Shown piece by piece: positions 19,598 to 27,686 of a DNA stretch of 64,000 nt (position 1 is the stretch's first letter; every line of letters begins with the position of its first letter). Origin of the DNA: an uncultured Parachlamydiaceae bacterium (lineage in GTDB: Bacteria; Chlamydiota; Chlamydiia; Chlamydiales; Parachlamydiaceae); contig CAVVXH010000010.1 of assembly GCA_963752155.1 (NCBI GenBank), forward strand, positions 448,001 through 512,000, given 5' to 3'. The position numbers and the translations under genes were made by a program. Under the pieces are notes generated by a model that was given only the letters and a program-made list of their open reading frames with translations, was not told the DNA's origin and did not search any database.

Positions 19598-22500
19598 GTG
19601 AATAATAGTACTTCAACCACTAAAGGGTCTTGTCCTAGTTGTGGACGCCCTTTAGAATCCCCTAAATTATCATCAGACCTTTCTCGAGAGGAATCAGGTT
19701 CAGAGATCACTTCGTCTGTAACTTTAGTGGCTGGACATTTACCTCAAGAGGATCAAGTTCAATTCACCATCGGGCTTTACCGCATTTTGAACAAAATCGG
19801 GCAAGGAGGGATGGGTGAAGTTTTTTTAGCTTACGATACAATTTGTGGTCGTCGCATAGCTCTAAAGAGAATTCGTAGCGATTTACTGACTCATCGTCAG
19901 ATGCATCGACGTTTTCTGAAAGAAGCACGAATCACTAGTCAATTGACTCACCCAGCTATTATTCCCATCTATAGCATTCACGATGAAGAGAATCTTGTTT
20001 ATTATACTATGCCTTATGTCGAAGGAAAAACTTTAAAACAAATTTTGCGTAGTGCGCGTTCTCGAGAAAAGGAAGGGGTTAAATCGGAACAACATGAAGG
20101 ATCGATTACTTCACTTATTCGGGTATTTTTGAGTGTATGTCAAGCTGTAGGTTACGCACATTCCAAAGGTGTTCTCCATAGAGATTTAAAGCCTGAAAAT
20201 GTCATCGTCGGAAAGTACGGAGAAGTACTCATATTAGACTGGGGCCTTGCTAAACTGATCCATAAAGATGAGCATCACAAAAATGAAAGTGATGATGATG
20301 ACGAGGTCATCACAGAGGGGTCTGAAAAGAAAGAGAAGCATCCTCTCCATGCGTTGACAAATCTTGGAAAAGTGGTGGGAACTGTTCCTTATATGGCGCC
20401 AGAGAGAGGTATGGGAGGTGTTGCAACAGTCTTGACCGATATTTATTCTCTAGGGGTTATTCTCTATCAAATTTTAACGCTACGCTTCCCTTTTCATCGT
20501 AAGAATCTTAAAGAATTTCGACAAACGATGCATCTGGAGGTTTTACATGATCCTTCTGCAATTGCTCCCTACCGTGATGTCCCCCGAGTTTTAGCTCAAA
20601 TGGCTATGAAATGTTTACATTTAGATCCAGCTCAACGGTATCAGCAAGTCGATCAATTTATCCATGATCTAGAAAGTTATATAGAAGGGCGCGCAGAATG
20701 GTTTTTAGCAGCTGAACTTGCCATCGAGCATAAAAAAGATTGGGAATTTCAGGAAAATGTGTTGATTGCTGAACATATGGCCATCACAAGAAGTGTGGAC
20801 ATTTCAGATTGGGTGAGTTTGATGATCTCGAAGGCTTCTTTTGATGAACCGATCAAAATTGAAGTAGAGATTAAACTCGGCCCCACTTCCCACGGTCTTG
20901 GTTTCTTGTTAAGCGTACCTGAAGCGGTAGAGCGAGTTCAAATTAACGATGGATACACCCTTTGGATTAGCTCGGACCTACATAACAGCACCAAGTTATT
21001 GCGTTCGACCGTCGAAGTTTTTCAATCTTCTGATGCGATATTAAAACGGAATGAGTGGTACACTATTCGAATTGAAAAAATCGATCACTATATTTATCTA
21101 TATTTGAACGGACAGCTCCAATTTTCTTATTTGGGCTTGTTACCTGTCGTCGGAACTCATATTGGGCTGCTTTCTCGAGATGCTGATTTTGAAATGAGGC
21201 CTCTCAAGGTATTTGTTGGTGGACAGAATGTTATGGTTAAATGTCTTGCTGTGCCGGATGCTTTTCTTGCACATAAAGATTATGCAACGGCGCTCAGCGA
21301 ATATCGGCGTATTGGAAATTCGTTTCCAGGGCGTGCAGAAGGGCGCGAAGCTCTTTTTCATGCCGGGATCACTTTGCTTGAACAGGCTAAAGCATCTTCT
21401 GGGAAGGAGCAAGAAGTCCTTTATGAGCAAGTTTTTGAAGAATTCCAAAAGCTTCATGGAACCCCTGGGGCTCCTTTTGAATATTTAGGTAAAGCGCTTA
21501 TTTATCAGTCTTTGAATGATCCGGACGAGGAGCTTAAATGCTACGAATTAGCTCTTAGGCGATATCCGGGTCATCCTCTTTTAGAGATGATTAAAGAGCA
21601 TATTTTATATCGAATGCACGAATGTTCGCGCCATAACAGATATTTAACATACTGTTATATATTGCTTGTGATTCGACATCTTCCCGAAAAGACAGAAACT
21701 TCACCTGTACAGAAATTGTTGAATAGCTTGGAGAAGCATTGGGAAATGTTGTATTTCATCGAATGGGATCCTGAATGTGAAAAAAATATCCCCTTAAGAA
21801 ATTTAAATCTTTCGATCCAATTGGCATTTTGGCTTGCAAAGCCACTGACCCTATTAGAAATTGAGACCTCTTTGGTTAATGTGGAGAAGGCAAAAGAAGC
21901 TATAGAGGTTCCAGCAATTACTAAAAGAAATCTTTTATTTAGTTTAATTGAATTAGGAGCTTGGGAAGCTGCGGAAAAGAAAATGAAGGAACTTAATCTT
22001 GACGCAACGACAATTGCTCTTTTGCAAATTGCTTTACAAGCTAATCGAGATGGGGTGAAAGAGGCTGTTGTGAGTCTGTTAGAATATGAGAGTAAACACC
22101 CCGGTGAGGGTAAAGAATGCAAAGAAAGGGTGATGATTTACCTTATGGAAAAAGCTCTTGATGAGGGCAACCTGCAGGTTTTAAGTTCAGTGGCAGATCA
22201 TTTTTCAGAAGAGGCGCTGACTTCTACATTTTATATACAAATTCACAGCTATAAGATATGGGGAGCTTTGTTAGATAACGATTGGGAATATGCTGGGAAG
22301 TTGTTGCAAGAGCATCCATTGGAAGAGCTTACTCAGGAAATAAATCTTCTCCATTTTCTGTATGGGTGCTGGCTTTATGTCACTGAGGGGGTTAAAATTA
22401 CAACCATTCATTTTTCAGCGTTTTTGGAGACGCCATATCCTCGTTCATGGACACTTTTTAGCCATTTTTACAATCGAGATTGCAAGCAAGATATTAATGG

Positions 22501-22648
22501 GTGTAAAAATTGGTTTTCGAATGCGTTTATATGGGAAAAGAGGCAATTTTATCGTCAAGCTAAGCTGTTTTATCACTGTGCAGGGGATGAGCAGAAGGCA
22601 AATGAGTATGGGGAACTTGTACAGACAACATTTATTGCTGTAAATTAA
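19598..22648 (+). CDS. pknD: Ser/Thr protein kinase PknD with C-terminal TPR-like region (start uncertain; the ORF track extends to 19445)
   Basis: IGQGGMGEV, ALKRIR, HRDLKPEN, ILDWGLAK, GTVPYMAPE, DIYSLGVILY, followed by the chlamydial PknD segment LAVPDAFLA.K.Y..A..EYRRI..SFPGR.EG.EA. Confidence 0.9.
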   Translation: MNNSTSTTKGSCPSCGRPLESPKLSSDLSREESGSEITSSVTLVAGHLPQEDQVQFTIGLYRILNKIGQGGMGEVFLAYDTICGRRIALKRIRSDLLTHRQMHRRFLKEARITSQLTHPAIIPIYSIHDEENLVYYTMPYVEGKTLKQILRSARSREKEGVKSEQHEGSITSLIRVFLSVCQAVGYAHSKGVLHRDLKPENVIVGKYGEVLILDWGLAKLIHKDEHHKNESDDDDEVITEGSEKKEKHPLHALTNLGKVVGTVPYMAPERGMGGVATVLTDIYSLGVILYQILTLRFPFHRKNLKEFRQTMHLEVLHDPSAIAPYRDVPRVLAQMAMKCLHLDPAQRYQQVDQFIHDLESYIEGRAEWFLAAELAIEHKKDWEFQENVLIAEHMAITRSVDISDWVSLMISKASFDEPIKIEVEIKLGPTSHGLGFLLSVPEAVERVQINDGYTLWISSDLHNSTKLLRSTVEVFQSSDAILKRNEWYTIRIEKIDHYIYLYLNGQLQFSYLGLLPVVGTHIGLLSRDADFEMRPLKVFVGGQNVMVKCLAVPDAFLAHKDYATALSEYRRIGNSFPGRAEGREALFHAGITLLEQAKASSGKEQEVLYEQVFEEFQKLHGTPGAPFEYLGKALIYQSLNDPDEELKCYELALRRYPGHPLLEMIKEHILYRMHECSRHNRYLTYCYILLVIRHLPEKTETSPVQKLLNSLEKHWEMLYFIEWDPECEKNIPLRNLNLSIQLAFWLAKPLTLLEIETSLVNVEKAKEAIEVPAITKRNLLFSLIELGAWEAAEKKMKELNLDATTIALLQIALQANRDGVKEAVVSLLEYESKHPGEGKECKERVMIYLMEKALDEGNLQVLSSVADHFSEEALTSTFYIQIHSYKIWGALLDNDWEYAGKLLQEHPLEELTQEINLLHFLYGCWLYVTEGVKITTIHFSAFLETPYPRSWTLFSHFYNRDCKQDINGCKNWFSNAFIWEKRQFYRQAKLFYHCAGDEQKANEYGELVQTTFIAVN

Positions 22649-22681
22649 GGCTTTTTTTGAGATAAATTTGTATTTTTAGAC

Positions 22682-23650
22682 CTAGTGGAACTTAGCCATA
22701 TATCTGAAAATCTTAAAAATTTTGCTCACCATAAGAATTATAGATACTCCTTTATCTGATTCAAATTCAACAGTTTTAATTTCAAGGAGCTCTTTCTCTG
22801 TTATTGCGACTTCTTCAGCTAACTCTTTTAAAGATCTATTTATTCCCCATTGTAAGCTTTTATTTGGTTTGATATTATCTTTTATAAAATCCAAATTTTG
22901 TGGCCAACTTGGAGGAATTTTGTTTTTATTTAAATATTTTTCCACCTCTTCCCTTTCATAAAGAATCCAATCCGCACAATCTTCAACTTCATCATTTCCA
23001 TTTGGTTGAGCAACATAACGAATTGCTTCTCCAGTGATTTTACATCGAGTAAGTTTAAAAAGAGGATCAATATCTGACCATGGTTTTGGTATTCTTTTCA
23101 AATTTTTCCAATCCGCAATTGCTCTTAAATTGTTAAATGTTTTTTCAGTTACTGAGCTTTTCTGAAAGCAGCCTTCTCTCACAAGTAGAAGTAAAATTTG
23201 ACTAGCAATTTCTGAGATAGCAAGAAATCCCCAAGAATCACCATAATAAAAAATTTTCTGAGGTTGTGAAGAGAGTTTAAATATTTCCCAAGCAACTCTA
23301 GAAACACACAAAATGTTACATAGTATGTGAACTGCTATTTCTTTATTCCATTGTTTTTTTTGATCAAATTGTTTTTTAACAAGAAAAATATCTAATCCTG
23401 TTTCAGCAATTCTACAAGTTAGTTCAACTAACCTAGAAATCAGAAAAACCCCTCCTAATCCTCCAAATAGATTGGTCGTACAATTAACTATACATGTAGG
23501 AGAAGAAAGCTGTGATAGCTGTTTACGAAGAATAAATAGACACTCCTTGTCACGTGAAGAATCTTTCTCATATCTTTCTTCTATGTAATTAATATCTTCC
23601 ATTGCTAAAGAACTTATAGACATGTTTAATATAGGAGCTAATTGTATCAT
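22682..23650 (-). CDS. Hypothetical effector-like protein with hydrophobic N-half and C-terminal U-box-like domain
   Basis: DPLF..TRCKITGEAIRY...LYEREEVEKYL....PPSWP...IKPNKSLQWGIN follows U-box motif spacing. Confidence 0.6.
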   Translation of the reverse strand: MIQLAPILNMSISSLAMEDINYIEERYEKDSSRDKECLFILRKQLSQLSSPTCIVNCTTNLFGGLGGVFLISRLVELTCRIAETGLDIFLVKKQFDQKKQWNKEIAVHILCNILCVSRVAWEIFKLSSQPQKIFYYGDSWGFLAISEIASQILLLLVREGCFQKSSVTEKTFNNLRAIADWKNLKRIPKPWSDIDPLFKLTRCKITGEAIRYVAQPNGNDEVEDCADWILYEREEVEKYLNKNKIPPSWPQNLDFIKDNIKPNKSLQWGINRSLKELAEEVAITEKELLEIKTVEFESDKGVSIILMVSKIFKIFRYMAKFH

Positions 23651-23838
23651 TTTAATTTTACTCCACCTTTTATTTTGGTTTCTTGGAGCTCTTATTGATG
23701 GTAACTGCTTAGCAGCCTCAGGCTTAGTTTAAAGCATCCTCTTATTTAGTGCAAGGCTTTTTCTTTTTAGCCATTAAAAAATTTATCGTTGATTTAAAAG
23801 ACCTGAAATCATAGAATGCAGATAGCAATCCAAGATTA

Positions 23839-24199
23839 ATTACTGATTGGAAAAATCTGAACAGAATACCAAAACCATGGGGAGAAATTGATCCTGTTTT
23901 TACACTTTATAGATGTAAAATCACTGGAAAAGCTATTCGCTATGTTGTTTAACCAAATGGAAATGATGAAGTTGAGGATTATACTGATGTGGTCCTTGTA
24001 TGAAAAGGAAGAGGTAGAAATATATTTGAATAGAAATGAAATTCCTCAAAGTTGGCCACGAAGTTTGAAATTTATAAAAGAAAATATCAAATCAAATAAA
24101 AGCTTTCAATGTCAAATAAATGTATGTTTAAAAATGTTAGTTAAAGAAGCCGAAATTACACAGGCAGAGCTTCTAGAAATCAATCAAGGAATAGAGTAA
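23839..24199 (+). pseudogene. Degenerate paralog of the U-box-like C-terminal half of 22682-23650
   Basis: ITDWKNLNRIPKPWGEIDPVF...RCKITGKAIRYVV*PNGNDEVED..YEKEEVEIYL. In-frame TAA at 23950-23952 where the paralog has Gln, plus a frameshift near 23995. Confidence 0.75.
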
Positions 24200-24206
24200 A
24201 ATTAAG

Positions 24207-25088
24207 ATGATACAACAATTATCACCTATGTTAAACGTATGTTTAAGTTTTTTAGCGATGGAAGATATTAAAAATACATATGAAAGATATGAGAAAGATA
24301 CTTCACGTGACAAGGAGCGTCTGTCTATTCTTCGTAAACAGCTATCACAGCGTTCTTCTCCCACAAGTGTATTTAATTGTATAAGTAACATAGCAGGAGA
24401 AGTTTTTCTGCCTCCTAGGTTATTTGAATTAACTTCTAGAGTCGCTGAAACAGGATTAAATATTTTTCTTATAAAAAAAAATTTTGATCAAAGAAAAGTC
24501 TGGGATCAAGAAATAGCCGTTCGAATACTAGGAAACCTTTTATGTGTTTCTAGAGTTGCTTTTGAAATATTTAAGCTCATTTCACCTCCTCAGAATTTTT
24601 TTTATTATGGTTCTTTTTGGGGATTTCTTGCTATCTCAGAAATTGCTAGTCAAATTTTACTTCTACTTGTAAGAGATGATTATTATTGGATTAAAAAGCC
24701 TAAAATTGTAGAACTTTCTCCTCAAATAGCTACGGTGTCTGTGGTTGCAGCAGAGAAATCTAAAGCTATTGAATTTTCAAGTCATGAAATGGAATTTCTT
24801 ACTGTTTTTAAAATTAGAAAATGTTTAAGGGAAAGGCGCGGACTAAGTCGTTTTTTCTTACCATTTTTGAATCCAAATTGTTTTAATCAAGCTGTTAGTA
24901 AATGTAAGGAAAAAATAAAAAATGACTTTATTTTGATATCTGTTGCTCATTCTGATTCAAATTCAACACTGAGCCTTCTCAATAAAGAAATAGTTTTGTA
25001 TATTTTGAATTTAAGGTACCACGAAGAGATGGATTTGATTCCTAGCTATGAGGTATTCAAATCTAAAAAAGTTTTAAACAGGCGGTAA
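24207..25088 (+). CDS. Hypothetical protein, N-terminal paralog of 22682-23650 with a different C-terminus
   Basis: First ~155 aa align by eye with 22682-23650 (MIQ..P.LN....LAMEDI...ERYEKD.SRDKE.L.ILRKQLSQ; WGFLAISEIASQILLLLVR). Confidence 0.8.
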   Translation: MIQQLSPMLNVCLSFLAMEDIKNTYERYEKDTSRDKERLSILRKQLSQRSSPTSVFNCISNIAGEVFLPPRLFELTSRVAETGLNIFLIKKNFDQRKVWDQEIAVRILGNLLCVSRVAFEIFKLISPPQNFFYYGSFWGFLAISEIASQILLLLVRDDYYWIKKPKIVELSPQIATVSVVAAEKSKAIEFSSHEMEFLTVFKIRKCLRERRGLSRFFLPFLNPNCFNQAVSKCKEKIKNDFILISVAHSDSNSTLSLLNKEIVLYILNLRYHEEMDLIPSYEVFKSKKVLNRR

Positions 25089-25300
25089 TACAAAGGGTGA
25101 GGGTGGACGAACTGCTTGGACAAAATTTTAGGAAAAATAAGTAAGGGTTCTTTACCTATTTCTTCTTTCGGCATCTTTGCTCAGCAGCCTCAGAAGGAAT
25201 TTTTAGCAACATTACATTGCGCCCACATTAAAAAATTTATCGTGTTGTATTAGCGCAAAGCGAGACAGTTGTCTGCGACGCCCCCTATCGGGGAATAACA

Positions 25301-25588
25301 AATTTTTAAAGCGCCTTGCCATTGGTGCCTGACCTGAGGAGAAACGAAACGACGTTTTTCGACCAAAACCTTGCCATTTCTTCCCTCCATTTCCGCATCC
25401 AAAATACGTGTCCTGACATATATTTATGGTCTGAATGAAGCTACGAGTAGGAGGCCTGTCATAAAGCAAGACAACATCCTATAATTTTTAATTGCATACT
25501 TTATGATCTAAACCTTCTTCACGCGCGGTGGCAGAGCCACACGCACTCCAAAAAATTTTTAGGAAGTCAACTTGAAATAGCGCCAGAT
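25301..25588. repeat. Composite copy of palindromic-element modules downstream of kup
   Basis: 25301-25332 matches the 4916/5316 arm block. 25411-25556 is the reverse complement of 5003-5144. 25520-25588 matches 30365-30431. Confidence 0.88.
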
Positions 25589-25605
25589 CTAACTTTATTT
25601 CACCT

Positions 25606-27492
25606 TCAAATTTCATGCCTGACACCCAATTCCACAACCTGGCCACAAGGTATATGAAAGTAATCAACAGCATTCGTTGCATTTTTCGCCATCAATACAA
25701 ACAAATGTTTGCGCCATGTAGCCATTTTATATTTATGCGTAGGTATGATCGTCGCATGACTTAAAAAATACGAAGCTTTAGCCAAATCTACTGTCAAACC
25801 AATTTGACTGCAATTTGCCAGCACATGTGGAATATTCACATGTTGCATAAATCCTGTTCGTACAACTAATCTGTAAAAACCTTTTTCAAAAGTCGTCAGC
25901 TCTAACTGCTTTTCTTTTTTTACATGAGGAATGTCTTCGGTGATCACAGTGATTAAAATAACCCGCTCATGCATCACTTGATTATGCTTAAGATTAGTTA
26001 ACAACCCTGAGGGCACTTGTGAGGATTGTCCAGTTAACACAACTGCCGTTCCAGGCACACGTGTCAACTTCTCATCAATTTGTGAGATAAATTTATCTAA
26101 CGGCATGCTTTGCTTGGCCACTTCGTTGCAAACAAAATTTCTACCTTGTTTCCATGTATACAGAAAAATAAATGAAATCGTTCCCACTAGAAGAGAGAAC
26201 CAACCTCCATTTGGAATCTTAATGGAATTGGCCAAGATGAAAACGAAGTCCACTAAAAAGAGAGGCACTATAACTAATGCAATTTGCCAAGTCGCCCAAT
26301 TCCATTTATGTTTCATAACGACCGATACTAACATCGTGGTGATAATCATTGTACCTGCAACTGCAATGCCATAAGCCCCAGCAAGATTGCTGGAAGTTTG
26401 AAAAAAAATGACTAAGGCCATTACTGCTGTATATAAAGTCCAGTTTGCAAATGGAACATAGATTTGCCCTTCTTCTGTCCCAGAGGTGTGCACAATCGTT
26501 ATGCGAGGTAAATAATCGAGTTGAACCGCTTGTCTAAAGACCGAAAATGCTCCGGAGATAACTGATTGCGAAGCGATAATTGTTGCTAAAGTAGCCAGAA
26601 TAACCAATGGAAATAAAAACATAGGGGGGGCTAACAAAAAGAAAGGGTTAGATATGCTCTCAGGTTTATCTAGTAATAAGGCCCCTTGCCCAAAATAATT
26701 GAGCATCAGCGCCGGCATGACGATAGAAAACCAGGCTAACCGAATGGGACTTCTCCCAAAATGTCCCATATCAGCATATAAGGCTTCTCCACCTGTCACA
26801 GATAAGAAGACGTTGCCGAGTACAAAAAAGCTTAGCATAGGGTGCGCCTGGAGAAAACTCAGTGCATACGTCGGAGAAATAGCAGCTAGCACGCTAGGAA
26901 CGTTTATTATATTGACTATCCCAAGTACAGCAATTGTCAAGAACCAAACGGTCATCACAGGTCCAAAGCATTGGCCTATCTTTTCTGTTCCGCGACGCTG
27001 CATCAAAAATAATCCAGTGAGCCCAAGTAGCGTAATAGGGATAATATAGGGCTGGAAATTGGGTTGTATAATAATCAGTCCTTCAATAGCACTTAAAACC
27101 GAAATGGCAGGAGTGAGCATACAATCGCCGTAGAAAAAAGCTGTTCCACAAAGGCCCAAAATCACAGCCCAATAGGCAAATGGAGATTTCTTGGTGGAAT
27201 CGACAATTAGCGCAAGTAGAGCAAGAGAGCCTCCTTCTCCATTGTTGTCTGCACGCATAATTAGTGTGACATATTTGATGGAGACGATAATCATAATTGT
27301 CCAAAAAGTCAGTGACAAAAGGGACAAAATGAATTCTGGGGTAATTGTCTGCGAGTGGTGCGAGGAGAGCCCTTCGCGGAATGCGTAGAGGGGACTTGTG
27401 CCAATGTCCCCAAAGACGACTCCTAGAGCACCTACAAAAAGAGGGATAAATGGTTTTTTTTTGAGATCGTGAGGTGGGGATAAGATTTCCAA
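25606..27492 (-). CDS. kup: KUP/HAK/KT potassium transporter
   Basis: GALGVVFGDIGTSPLYA, RADNNGEGG, GDCMLTPAISVLSAIEG, TGGEALYADMGHFG, GQIYVP. Confidence 0.96.
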   Translation of the reverse strand: MEILSPPHDLKKKPFIPLFVGALGVVFGDIGTSPLYAFREGLSSHHSQTITPEFILSLLSLTFWTIMIIVSIKYVTLIMRADNNGEGGSLALLALIVDSTKKSPFAYWAVILGLCGTAFFYGDCMLTPAISVLSAIEGLIIIQPNFQPYIIPITLLGLTGLFLMQRRGTEKIGQCFGPVMTVWFLTIAVLGIVNIINVPSVLAAISPTYALSFLQAHPMLSFFVLGNVFLSVTGGEALYADMGHFGRSPIRLAWFSIVMPALMLNYFGQGALLLDKPESISNPFFLLAPPMFLFPLVILATLATIIASQSVISGAFSVFRQAVQLDYLPRITIVHTSGTEEGQIYVPFANWTLYTAVMALVIFFQTSSNLAGAYGIAVAGTMIITTMLVSVVMKHKWNWATWQIALVIVPLFLVDFVFILANSIKIPNGGWFSLLVGTISFIFLYTWKQGRNFVCNEVAKQSMPLDKFISQIDEKLTRVPGTAVVLTGQSSQVPSGLLTNLKHNQVMHERVILITVITEDIPHVKKEKQLELTTFEKGFYRLVVRTGFMQHVNIPHVLANCSQIGLTVDLAKASYFLSHATIIPTHKYKMATWRKHLFVLMAKNATNAVDYFHIPCGQVVELGVRHEI

Positions 27493-27582
27493 AATGTCCT
27501 CATATAATAATTCAGCAATTCCCGCTAAAAATTAAAGACTAGCTGACAGCCCTCGCTCAGCTGAATAACAATTTATCCGTAA

Positions 27583-27598
27583 GTTATAGATCTATAAC
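27583..27598. promoter_or_regulatory. Perfect 16-bp palindrome in the divergent kup/ATPase intergenic region (candidate operator)
   Basis: GTTATAGA|TCTATAAC. Confidence 0.35.
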
Positions 27599-27686
27599 AT
27601 TTAGTTTATTTGCAGTAAAATTAAATTTGCAGAAAAAATTTGACAGCATTATGTTGAGATATATACCAGGTATAAAAGGTAGAAAA

